A DNA stretch of 64,000 nucleotides from Blastocystis sp. Blastoise (lineage: Eukaryota; Protista; Bigyra: Opalinata), in assembly GCA_039096225.1 (NCBI GenBank), contig JBBPEB010000007.1, forward strand, positions 992,001 through 1,056,000, given 5' to 3'. Made by a program: the position numbers and the translations under genes. The notes below the pieces were generated by a model, which did not search any database, was not told where the DNA came from, and saw only the letters and a program-made list of their open reading frames with translations. This document shows positions 27,796-40,759 of the stretch, piece after piece; within the stretch, counting starts at the first letter, position 1, and each line of letters starts with the position of its first letter.

Positions 27796-30700
27796 CTATA
27801 TACCTTCATAGCAGCAACAGCACATTGATTAGGAGCGATATTTTGTTGAAATAAAATATCAATATTAAAAGGATATATAAGTGTATATTTATCTTTTGAT
27901 TTACTTTCAGCAGCTGCATGGAAATGAGATAACTTCTTATATATATCAACTTCTATACCTTGAACACGAATTGTATAATTATCATAGATCTTTTCCACGG
28001 GAATTACCTTTGAAGTATCTCGTTGAATAGGCTTACATCCAACGGTAATATCCCCTAATTTAGCAATTATACCTATATATATATATATTGTTAGTTATTA
28101 TTAGGATATATAAAGTGTATAATTATTTAAGATATATATAATATAAAGAGAATATATAGAATAAATATATACCTCTGGCTTGTCTATGAGAAAGAGTACA
28201 ATTTTCAGGAACAATAATATTCATAGACCCAATAGTAATATCAATATCCATAGATGTATGATTCATAGCTTGCTTTATGGACTATAATATATATAGACAT
28301 AAGATATAGAATAATAATAGAATAAAAAAGAATAATAAATATTATAAATATTATAATAAATAGAATAATAAATAGAATAATAAATAGAATAATAATAAAA
28401 AATATAATAAAAAATAGAAACCTAAATATAATAATTATAATATTAATAATAATAATATGTATAATAACTATATATATACATATCCAGTAGTAGCTCCTTT
28501 AAGAGACGCAACCATACTCATTGCAGAATCTTCATAACCATATAAATTGACTTGAACTTCTTCTTCTTGAGGTATAGAGAAAAATCCACCTATATATATA
28601 TATATTCATAAAAAACGTTAAAAAACATTAAAAAAATATTAAATATATATATCATAACAAGTTGAATAATTCTAAAAAATAATAATAAATAAAAATAGAA
28701 TAAAATAAATGTATACCAACAGCCATAAGCCAAGGCATATTAGCGACAAAATATAAGGGTAATGTATTTAATTTGACTTTCAAGTCACTAGTTCCATCTA
28801 CAGCCGGCATTTCAACATGTATTTGTAAGAAAGGAACACGATCTTTAGTTAATATACTCTTATCAATAAAAACATCATAATGATTCACAATAATTTCATC
28901 ACTACCTTCTTCATCTTTCTCATCTTCTTCTGTTTCTAAAGTTAATTCAGGTTCTTCTTTATCAGCTATTTCATTTAACTTATACATATTTTCAGTATAT
29001 AATATATTCTTCCAACGTGTACCATCTGTACAAGTATCTTTTATATACATATCTTCTAAAGCTATGTCGACATTCATACCTGATAAAGTCTGAACAAATT
29101 TAAGACCGAAATTCTCAATATTTACACTGAAAAACACTTTTTCAGGAATATTGATTCCATTTGAATTTGTTTTTTCTTTTTCTTTCATACTTACAGTTAA
29201 TCCTTCCATCTTTATAATAACTAACATTTGAATATCTCCAGGACGACCGCCTTCCCACGGGGATGTGTCATCTTTTGTAATATCCATTTCTTTATAGAGT
29301 TCCATTTGTTTTTCATCATTCCATTCAAAAGATTCAGCAGTTTTATTATTATTATCACCAGTAGTAGTAGTAGTAGTAGTAGTAGAACCCCAACTAAACC
29401 AACTAGAAGAAGTTTTCTTTACAGCATCTTGTTGTTTTTTCTCTTCTACTTCTTTCTCTGCTATTTTACGGAATAATAATATATTTTCAAATAATACGTC
29501 ATCTTCTATTTGTTGCATACGTTTCATACCTTCTTTATCTTTCTTTAATGATTTATAACCAGGGTATTCCTTAAAACGTTTATATAATTCAATATATTCT
29601 GTTCGGACTTTCTTAAATTCTAAATATTCATTCCATCCACTTTGTTTATGTTTATTCTTATTATCGAAATTAACACTGTTATATACATATTGCCAATAAC
29701 CTTTAGGGTACATATATTAAGGTATATAATTGTTTTATAGAAAAAAAAAGTTATTAAATAGTATTAATATATATTTAGGCTAATAGAATAAGAAATTGTA
29801 TAATAAAATATTGAATGTAAATAAAAAACAAGAAATAATTTAATAATAAGTAAAAAATAAACATAATACTACAAAGTATAATAATAAGGATATATTTGAT
29901 TTGACATTTCCTTCAGGTTTAAATCGTTTATATTTTGCCTTAAGACTTTGCATCGAGAGAGCACTTGTAAAGCTAAGTATATCACGATATTGATTCTTTT
30001 CAATACATAATCCATATTTAGACATATTCATTGTAACTTTCATAACAGGAGAAGGAGTATTAATAATATCCCAAGCCTTATGATAATATTCTATTAATAC
30101 ATTTCTATATTGACCATTAATATCACGAGGATAATATTCAACAAATGTATCTAAATATAATTGTAATTCTTCATCTTCACTTCTACCTCGTATTCCATCT
30201 TCTTTTATATACATAAATACTTTCTTTGCATGTTTTGATAAATAATGTTCTTTATTCATCTCCATCTCTTCTAAAGCTTTATTTGTAGCTATATCAGAAT
30301 TAGGTTTACGGACTTCAAAACCACGGTTATCCATCAAGAAATTCATTCCTAAGACAACAGGAGTTAATATATATTCCTGTGGAACTAAAGAACGTTCAAA
30401 AGGAGTTAAATCTTCAAGAGTTCGTTCTTTAGTTTCATTAGAAGAGAATGTCGAAGTAATAGCTTCAGGAAGGAGATCCGGAACAGTATTCTTCCAAAGA
30501 TCAAACGGGATCTTCATATTATTACAGAAATCTTTACTATCTGAAGGCATAGATTGAGTAATATCACTATCCCAATAAAGAGCAAATCCATTAATACTTA
30601 TATGTTTACGAATAACTCCAGGAGTAGGAGTATCTTGACTACCTGCATTTGTAGGACGACCCTTATTATCTACTGTTAATACATGTAATTCATTTAAAAG

Positions 30701-31728
30701 AATACCCATACCAAATGGATGATTCTTATTAGAACTATATATATATATTTTGTTTGTTTGAATATTTATAGTGAATTATAGAAATTTTTTTTTGAATATA
30801 TATTATATAGTTATATTTTATATAGTTATATTTTATATAGTTATATTTTATATAGTTATATTTTATATAGTTATATATTATATAGTTATATATTATATAG
30901 TTATATATTATATAGTTATATATTATATAGTTATATATTATATAGTTATATATTATATAGTTATATTTTTGATAGCACAAATAAATAAAAATATAAACAA
31001 AAATATAAATAAAGCAAAAATTTAAAAAAAAAAATAAAAATATATCTACCTTGAGTCTTCTAGACGAATATGTACACGAGAAACTTTTAGTTGGAAATTA
31101 TCAATAATTTTCGCAATTAGACGTCCTATCATTGAATTATCGGATTTCTCATTAAGAGCAGCATCTCGACGTTTAGAACTGTCATTTATAGACTATATAA
31201 ATCATAGAATAATGAATCAACTCTAATTTGTCAATCCAATAGAATTATAAACATATAGAATTCGAAGAAAAAAAATTAAAAATTAGAGTATACCTGTATC
31301 TGTTTACGTTTTGAAGCTAATTCAGATGCTTCTTCAGCTTCAGGATCAAATTTAACTTCAGATTTAGGACAAGCTAAAGCGTAAACATCACTAACTTCGA
31401 CAATTGTTGGCTTACTTCCTAAACTAGTCCATGGAACCTAAACAAAGTGTAAATTATAGCAAGACATATATGCTCTTTATACCTTAAGAACAAGACTTCC
31501 CAGAAATCCAGCCTTGATCTCAACAGGTAAATTCAATGCGGATAAAGCACTTCCTTTTATTTTCTATATATAGAATCATACTTATTTAGTTGATTTGTAT
31601 ATATATACTAAGTCATGAAGTTGAATATCTCCACCTAAGAGTCCTAATTTCAAATCTTTTGCTTCAACATTCTCAATATAGTCGCCCAGAAATCGACTAA
31701 GAAGAGAACTTACAATTTCCTCAAACAT
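13573..31728 (-). CDS. VPS13: VPS13-family bridge-like lipid transfer protein, ~30 exons
   Basis: Chorein-N start MFEEIVSSLLSRFLGDYIEN...VPWTSLG...IIDNFQ...HIRLED; YYN...WEPLFEPW; LGKFQIDNQ; DIIGSP...FFYEPAQG...GFFKGVGTG C-terminal region. Frame stays continuous across all introns I traced. Confidence 0.95.
29708..29893 (-). other. U12-type AT-AC intron in VPS13
   Basis: On the minus strand: 5' ATATCCTT (perfect U12 donor), branch CCTTAAT, 3' GTAC. Phase 0 joins VKSN to PKGYW. Confidence 0.92.
30800..30968. repeat. Intronic 15-bp minisatellite (TATAGTTATATT/ATTA), about 11 copies
   Basis: Tandem copies read directly within a VPS13 intron. Confidence 0.9.
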
Positions 31729-32756
31729 TTTTGCAGATTACTTATTAGCTCTATGTAATGATACAAAAATAATTACTTTTGCGTTATTCGCCCCATATGT
31801 TCTAGGTCATTATGAGACATTTTTATATTGTGAGAAATTTGTTTTTCTCAGAGAAGGTTTGTGTTCTCCCAGGAATATAATCTAATCAATAGTGTTGTTA
31901 GAAGGCGAGAGTTTCTTTCCTTGTAGAAAACTGATTTATCATTCTTTTCATGGTTTGGAACAATTCTAAAAGAATTCTACAATTAGAGATGATTGGCCAA
32001 TATATTGATCAGCCAATGAATTGATATAAATCCTTTATAAATGTAACATCCATTGTCTTGTCTGCATTTATTCAAATTCCATGGTAATTTTAAAATGTTG
32101 TCTACAAAAATAATTTTTTCAATACTTTACTTTTTTAAATTGAATACGAATTACTTATTAATCTAGTTTATTCATATATATAATTTATTGCATATGGAAT
32201 AAGCTTGCTTATTTTGAATAAGTGAAAATTAAGTGGTAATAGAAACTAGAATATTATTAATTTTTGTGACTGATCTATTATTTTGTTAACATACATTCTC
32301 TGTATTATATACATTTACAGAATCATTTACACTCTAGTAATTCATCATAATTTACACATATATAAATTTTCAAATTCGCAATACTTTTTAAAATAATGTA
32401 AGTCTTTTCGATTTCACCAAACAAGATAAATTCATTTCAGAATCAAAAATCAATTTAGAGCTTGAAATACATAAATTTACATTAATTAACAAGATCAAGA
32501 TCCTTAATTTATATACCAAGATTATTTCTTTTATTCATTATACTGAAATTCGACTTATTTCAAAGAATATCCTCATGCTAATCAAAATTGATTAATATTT
32601 AAAAATTTGAATGTTTGAAAAATTTCCATGAGAATGATAAGCATCTAGAAATTTTCATTTTCTATTTTATTTCAATTTAAGGCTTACTAAAGCCTTATTA
32701 TAGTTCATATCATACTGCTTGAGGAATATTTTAATTGATTTAGTGTTCATTTAATC

Positions 32757-34129
32757 ATGATCTCTTACAATTGTCATTTGACTCATTCAATGTCTTATTT
32801 ATTTTTCATAATCTTCTCTCTGTTCTGTTTCCATGCATATTCAGTGAATATTGGTGGTTCAGCTGCTATGGATATTTTATCATTTCTAAGCCATTCAAAT
32901 ATTTCTATTTCTCATATCTTTCAAAGTATATTTGTTATTTATTTGAACCTTATTGTTTTCAATGCTCCTATAATTTATTTATTTTCTTATAAATAGATTT
33001 TATTCGAACTAACATCTATGGTATAAAGCCTTCTTCAGATATGAATAAGCATGCAAATGAAATTTATGTTTCTCGAAATATGCATCTCCGATTAAATTCA
33101 AGTTATTCACGTTGTTCAGGAAAAGGATTATATGTTCAAGGTGAAATACAGCATACAAAGGCAGTTGTTCCTGATACAATTCAAAGAAATATAAATCGTT
33201 CTCAATTTGATGATGAAAATAAATTAGTTTTTGGTAGATACGATATGAATGATTTTATTAATACTCCTGCTTCAAAGAAACGAATAGAACTTTTAAAGAA
33301 TGAATGTAATATATATCCTGGTCATTATCCTTTATTAATTAATAATCCTCATTTATGTGATTCATCTACTATACAATATATTGTATATACACCTATTCGT
33401 CCAAAGAAGTTTAAAACACGAGAAATAATTCGTCAAACATGGGGTCATAATGGAGTATATCATGGTTATACTATACGTCATTTCTTTTTACTTGGAGAAG
33501 AATTTGGATTTTATCAGAATAGTTCACAGTTGATTGAAGAAAGTGAGAAATATAAGGATATTATACAATATGGTTATCATAATTCCTTTTTTAATTGTAC
33601 ACTTCAAACCTTATTAGCCATGGAATGGGTTACACAATTCTGTCCTCAAGCCAAATTATTTGTAAAAACAAATTCAGATGTTTATCTTAATCATAATAAA
33701 TTAATTCAAACAATTGATGAACGTCAACTTCTTTCTCAATATAAATATACTGCAGGATTAGTTATTCAATCAAATGTACCTGATCGAAATTATAAAAGTT
33801 TATATTATTGTCCTTCTTTCTGTAATTCTCAAGGTATATTTGATCCCTATATTCAAGGATCATTCTATATTTATTCATCAGATATATTACCTTTAATTCT
33901 TCAAAAAGCAAAAGAAGTGTCTCCTCGAACTCATTTAGAAGATATTTACTTATCTATTCTTCTAAAACAGTTAAATATACAACCCTATCCTAACTTACCA
34001 TTTGTAGAAACGACAGAACATTATCCTTCTCTTCAAGTATTATATTTCTGGAAATCACTTATTGCAATTCATCATATAGATGATCAATTACAACTTGATA
34101 TTCATAATTATATGAATATGAAGAACTAA
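32757..34129 (+). CDS. GT31 beta-1,3-galactosyltransferase-like protein, 2 exons
   Basis: Hydrophobic N-terminal exon; REIIRQTWG, F-LLG, EESEKYKDII, KTNSDVY and EDIY motifs; one phase-1 GT-AG intron ending at 32996. Confidence 0.85.
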
Positions 34130-35271
34130 TTGAGTATGCTATTTATATAGTTTTATCATTTATATATATATATACTATATTTCACTTCTCTATTGATATT
34201 CATTAATAAATATATATATATATATATTTTATATTACTCTTTGTTATTCAATTTCTATTGTTATCACAAGGATTCTTTTATATTTATAATAATTCTCTTT
34301 TGATGATTCATTATTCTATCTTCATTATTATCTCCTAAACTATTTCGTTGCGATTTCATTTTCAATTCTTTTTTTCCTTTCTTCCTGTATATTTTATTTT
34401 CATTTTTTCTTTACTTTTCTCGTAATATACTATTTCTTATACATCATTATCATTTGGTGTTTTCTGCTTTAGACTATATTTATTAATTTCTACAATATTT
34501 TATTTATGAATTTCAATATTTTATTTATTAATTTCTTCAATTACTCTATTCATAATAAGTGTAACAATATAATTATAAATTTTATAATAATATCTACTCT
34601 TTATTATATAACTTTGTAAATATATCATATTTAATATCAATGTAAATATATATATGATTGCTTATCATGTTTTTGTATTCATTATTAATATCATGATGTT
34701 TTTTTTTGTTGTGGATGAAAAGTCAAGACAGTATTCTTGTTTTCATATCACACGTTTTTTATTTTTTTTTCTAATTTCATGTTTCTTTCTTCATTTTTTA
34801 AAATACTGTTTCATTTCTTTATTGTTTTTCAATTTAGAGATTATATATATATATATAACAATTTTTATGTTGATTATGTTTTTCTAATATTAATCATTCT
34901 TTTTGTATTCTTTTGTTTTGTTTTTCACATTCTATATTCATGATATGTTCATGATATGTTCTTTATACATAATATTTGTATCACTTTGTTCAAGCTACTT
35001 TTTATTTCTTTATTTTCCCACTTATGAACAAAAATTATCATAAGATAACTTAGCACAATGATTCTTTATTCATAAAACCCTTAAAATATGAAAAATACAA
35101 TCAATTTACTATAATGAGCATATTATTATCATCGACTTAATATCTGTGTTGTCACTATCTTCATCTTTATTACATATAACATATAAGGATTATCATTATA
35201 TACAATTTAATATAAATAATCAGTAATAATTCCATAAATAACACTATGGACATTTTGTGTTTTTTTGACCC

Positions 35272-35771
35272 TATTTCCCGTAAGAGAAACAACAAAATGA
35301 CTGGGATTTTTTAATCAAAAATACGTTGGCCTAAACTCGAGAAAAGAGTGTCCGCCAACTTGTCAAGTTTCTCTCTTTTTGACGAGAAAAACTTAAAAAT
35401 AACTCTACAAAATATATTGTTTATTTATATAATCATAGACATTCTAAATATTGACTATTTTACAGTGTTTTATGATTTAAAATGACTGTTTAAAACCAAA
35501 AAGACTTTAATTTTTTCTCTGAAGTCTATAATTCAGGAATGGATTACATGAGTGACAAATTTTTTAAAGTTGTGTGTTCTCTGAGTGATGTATTATCATT
35601 TCAATCATTCTCGTCAAGTCCTTTTACAATAAAAACCATTATACAGCCTAAACCAAAACACACCTAAAAATTTCTTCTTTTTTATTTCCCAAGGAAAAAA
35701 CAATAAAATGACTTGACTTTTTTATTCATCATTTTTTAGCCTAAAGACGACAACATTTCTTTCAGCCAACT
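35272..35771 (+). repeat. Diverged ~90-bp direct repeat (35272-35360 and 35683-35771), left subterminal region
   Basis: Both copies read TATTTCCC..AAACAA(C/T)AAAATGACT..TTTTTTA..GCCTAAA..GCCAACT. Confidence 0.7.
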
Positions 35772-36352
35772 ACCCTAGAAAGTCAAAACAATTAAAAATT
35801 CAAAAAAGAAAAGTAAAACGGAAGCTCTTGTTTTTGTTTATTGATTATCGTCATTAAACCTGTTTTTAAAAATATGACTTTAGAATATCATTCAGGACTT
35901 GATTTATAGTTCAGGGTATCGTTTTAAGGTTTAAAATAGCTTTTTTGAGAGAATTCATAATTATGTCCTAAACCAAGAGGAGTTGTGTGTTTTTATCATC
36001 TCTGTTGTTAGATATGTGTATACACAACATACTCAGCTTCACATAATTGTTTTTCTTGCTAGTCAAGATTTTTCACTCATTTTTAAATATTTGATTTTTA
36101 GTCTCAAAAGTGGTATAGAGTCTCTATACATGCCTGTAAGAATCGTTTTTAATACTAAAAAGTCAAAAATATTAAAGAAAAGTGACAGTGAAAAAAGGAG
36201 GGAAAAAATACTTTTTTTGAGTTTCTTGATATTCCCGCAAAAATGATTTTTCTTTTAAGACCTGAATACACCCATACGCTATTGAGCCTATTAACTTAGA
36301 AAATATTTTCATTTGTTACTTATTTTCTTTATTTTTATTTTATTTTTATTAG

Positions 36353-36823
36353 CTGTTATTTTAAAAAATAGAAGTTGATTTTAACTTCAGATTATTCTCT
36401 TGTATGTATATTACTATTTTTTATTCTTTATCAATATTAACATTCTCCCATTCTCTAGCATGTATAGGTTCCTGCTCGTCCATGGTTATAAGAGTCCTCT
36501 TCAGTCCATGTCAACAACGTCTATGATGTCAAACTACTTTCAAAGTATATATGTATTTATTTATTTTTATAATTATCTCTAATTTTTTTCTTTGTTATAT
36601 TTTTAAGTATTATATAATAGAGTACTTATCGTATATTCATTCTATCTATTATTAGCTTTCTTTTTGTTTTTTCTTAAATTAGAATCTAATTATTTTATTA
36701 TTTATTTTCATTATTTTTATATTTTTATTTATTATTATTTATTTATTTAGGTTGTTTTCTACTGTTTCTGTTGGTTATCTTTCCCTATGACTCAACATCA
36801 CCAAATTTATTTTTTTCTATTAG
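36353..36823 (+). ncRNA. Putative spliced non-coding exons inside the element (36353-36401, 36468-36544, 36751-36823)
   Basis: Relatively GC-richer blocks bounded by TAG acceptors and GTATGT/GTATAT donors like host exons; the first block has stops in all three frames. Confidence 0.45.
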
Positions 36824-36859
36824 GTATGTTTATTTATTTATTTATTTATTTATTTATTA

Positions 36860-38875
36860 TCTAGTTCTTCTTTATTTCTTCTTCTTACACAAAATGATTC
36901 CTTCTTCTCTCTTCTTCATTTTCTTCCTTCTACACTTTTATCTCCTTATTTCTTCATCTTCTTTCTTTATTACTTCTTCCTATGCCTTGTCTCCAGCCTA
37001 TATCCTTGTCTCTCCCTTTGATTCATTATCTTCCTCAGATCTTCATTTTTCTTTTATTTTTTCTTCTATCTAAATTCCTTTATTTTTCTTTTTTTTAATT
37101 ATACCTCTCTCTTATCTTCGCTTCCCTTTTATATCACTCTTTCATTACTCTTTCTTAATCACTATTCTATTTACATTGTATTTCGTTATGTCTTTTTCTT
37201 TTATCCTGTTATCCTCTTCTCCTTATTCTATACTTCTTTTTCCTCGACATGTATTAGTGTATACCCTCCTTTTCTTCCTCTTCCTCTTCTTCTTCTTCTT
37301 CTTCTCCATATAATTCTTTGCTTTTTTCAGATCTTCATCTTCTTATTTATATTTATATCACTATTTATTATATATATAGTTCTCTTCTATTATTTGCCTT
37401 CCTCCTCTTCCTTCTTTCTATTCTTCTCATACTTCTTCTCTCCTCCTTCTGATTCCCTTTTTTTTACTGCCCTATTTTCCTTCTTTATCTTCCTTCTCTC
37501 CTCTTTCTGTATAATTCTATCTCAATCTTCCTTCTCTCCCTCTCTATTCTCGTATCCATCTTTATCCTTATTCTTTTTCCATTTATTTCTCTCTGTCCCT
37601 GTCTATTTTATCTTATATGTCTCTTTCTACCTTCTTGTTTCCTTTTATATTTCCTTCTATGTCTCCTTTTCCACTTTATATCTACTTTTTTTTCTCTCTC
37701 TCCTTCTCTCTATTATTATATATTCTTATGTTCTAGTTATCTATTTTCTATTTTTATTTCTATCCTTTCATTCTCTATATTGTTATATCTACTTCTATTT
37801 TGTCTCTTTTCTTCTATCTTAATCTTCTATTTAATCCTTTTATTTCTTTCTATATATCTATATCTTCTTGTCTCTAACTTCTTTCTTAATCTCTTTTATA
37901 TCCTTCTATTTCTCCTTCTATCTCTCCTTCTTTCTCCTTTTCTATTTTCTTCTAACCATCTTTTTTTCCTATTTTTCTCTTTCTATCCCTATTATCTCAT
38001 TCTCTATCTTCTTCTATATTCTTCTTCTTTCATCTTCTCTCCTTCTTCCTTCATCTTTCAATTTCCTTCTCTATCTTCCTTTTATCTCAGCTACTCCTTC
38101 TGTCTCAATCTTCAGTCTTTCCTTTTCTTTCTCTTTCAACATCATTCTATCTCTCTGTATTCCTATATTTCTCTTCATATTTCTCTATCCTTATCTATCT
38201 CATTCTACCTCATTTATGTGTCTCAATCTCATTCTCTATTTCCTTCTATTTTCTCTTATCTACTTATATCTTCGTATATTTCCTTATATCTACGTATATC
38301 TACTTCTCTATCTTATTATATCTCCTTCTAACTTAATTTACTTCCTCTTCTTCTTTTTCTCCTTCTATCTCCTCTTCTATCTCCTCTTTATTCTCCATCA
38401 TCTTCTATCTACTTCTCTATTTCCATCTACATCCTTCCATCTTACTACATCTCAATCCGTTTTCTCTCCTTCTATATCCTTTTATATCCTTTTATCTCTC
38501 TTTCTCTCTTATCCTATTTATTTTTCTTATTTCTATCCATTTCTATCTACTTTATCTTCTCTATCTCATTCTATTGTATCTATATCATTCTCTTATCTTT
38601 CTATCTCCTTCTATTTTTAATCTTTTCTATCTACTTCTCCTTCTCTATTTCCTTCTATTCACTTCTATATACATCTCATTCTTCAAATCATTCTATATTC
38701 TTCCCTTCTTCCTTTTAACTCTTGCTATTTGTTTTTATTTTAATCTACTTCTCTCTTCCCTCAATCGACTTTTATCTACTTCTCCTTCTCTGTTTGATTC
38801 TATCTCCTCTCTATCCATATTTTCCTTTTTATTAATATTTATCTCCTTCTCTATATCTTTCGGTATTCTTCTATC

Positions 38876-38948
<73 letters not shown>

Positions 38949-40690
38949 ATATCTATCTATTTATTTATCTCAATCCCCTCTCCCCTTCTATATATTTTAT
39001 TACCTTCTATGTCTCTACCCTATTTCCCGTTTTCTTTCTGTCTCTTTCTTCTCTCATATACTATTGTTCTATCTTTTCTTTTTTTATTCTTCTTTTTTTC
39101 TTCTTTGTTTTTTCTATTATACTTCTTTATCTTGCTTTGTCTCTCCTTCTCTCTATGTCATTCAAATTATAATTCTCTCTATCATTCCCTATCGTTTTCT
39201 TTGTATGTATTTTTCTTTCTAATTTTTTTCTATATAAATTTATCTTTCTTGATATTCACTTCCTGCTCCTTTTTTCTCCCTTCTTCGTCTCATCTTCTTT
39301 TCTTCGTCTTCCAATTCTATCTGTTTTCCTCCTCCTTCTCTATCCTTCTCAATTCCTCTCTACCTATCTTTATATTCTTTCTTTTTTATACACCTTCCCT
39401 ACTCCTCTATTTCTCTTTTTATCTTTATTCTTGTATCTATTTTTATCTTATTCTCTATTTCATTTGATTTCTTTTGTATATCTCTCATTCTATATAGAAT
39501 TCTATCTCTTTCTATCTAATTTCTTCTTTATGTCTCTCTTTTCTTCTTTCTTTCTATTCATCTATTAGTGTATCTATCTATTTATATCTTTGTATTTTTT
39601 TTCTCTCTATCTATCTATCTATCTATCTATCTCTTTTATTTCTTTATATCTTTCTGTTTCTCTATATATGTTTCTTGTTTATTCTTCTTTTCTTTTCTTT
39701 CTCTTCTTCTTCATTTTCTTGTATATCTTCTTCCTATTCTTTATCTTACTTTTCTTTCTTTTTTTCACCTCCTTCCTTGTCTCTTCTTCACATTCATCCT
39801 CTTGTTCTCTTATTAATCTATTTATTCTTTCTTATCATTATTCTATTTATTCTTCATCTTCTTGTTGTCATTATTCATTTCCTTCTTCTTATTCTTCCTT
39901 ATCTTCCTTATCTTCTTATTCTTCTTCCTATTCTTCTTCTTCTTCCTTATCTTCTTCCTATTCTTCTTTTCTTCTTCTTCCTTATCTTCTTCTTATTCTT
40001 CCTTATCTTCCTTATCTTCTTATTCTTCTTCCTATTCTTCTTCTTCTTCCTTATCTTCTTCCTATTCTTCTTTTCTTTTTCTTCTTCCTATTCTTCTTTT
40101 CTTCTTCTTCCTTATCTTCTTCTTCTTCTTCCTTATCTTCCTTATCTTCTTATTCTTCTTATTCTTCCTTATCTTCTTATTCTTCTTCCTATTCTTCTTC
40201 TTCTTCCTTATCTTCTTCCTATTCTTCTTTTCTTCTTCTTCCTTATCTTCCTTATCTTCTTCCTATTCTTCTTTTCTTCTTCTTATTCTTCCTTATCTTC
40301 TTCTTATTCTTCCTTATCTTCCTTATCTTCTTCCTTATCTTCTTCTTATTCTTCCTTATCTTCCTTATCTTCTTCCTTATCTTCCTTATCTTCTTCTTAT
40401 TCTTTATCCTCTAATCCTCTTCTCTTCTGCATTCCTTATTATTATAGATCTCTATATATCTATCTTTGTCATTTATTATAAATTATTTTTCATTTTTTTT
40501 ATTAATCTCAATAATTAAAGACCCTATCTCATTTACTTTATATTTCTTTCTCTTTTATTCTTTTTTACTTCTTTTCCCTTCTTCTAGCATCCTTTTTCAC
40601 TTATACATATATAAATATATCCTTACACATCATACTGACTCATTATTCCTACTATTTTACTTTCATTTATGTATTTTTATTCTATATTAT
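36860..40690 (+). repeat. ~3.8-kb polypyrimidine (G-depleted) low-complexity tract including (TCTA)n at ~38870-38945 and a TCT/TCC/TTA/TAT triplet mosaic at ~39880-40400
   Basis: Read directly: extreme strand asymmetry; plus-strand ORFs here consist almost only of F/L/S/Y/I. Confidence 0.9.
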
Positions 40691-40759
40691 CCTTAAGCTT
40701 ATATTGGTAAGTATCTATCAGTTTATGATAGAAAACAGGTTCAATTCCTGTCTTAAGGT
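40691..40759 (+). tRNA. Degenerate tRNA-like sequence (probable pseudo-tRNA; nominal anticodon TTT, identity uncertain)
   Basis: Acceptor stem CCTTAAG/CTTAAGG; D-like arm CTTA-TATTGG-TAAG; anticodon stem CTATC/GATAG; canonical T arm ACAGG-TTCAATT-CCTGT. Lacks U33 and the 8-9 linker. Confidence 0.55.

Noticed and set aside
37394-40696. Numerous long plus-strand F/L/S/Y-rich ORFs
   Set aside because: Open in several frames only because the pyrimidine-rich strand rarely forms stop codons; no host-like codon usage.
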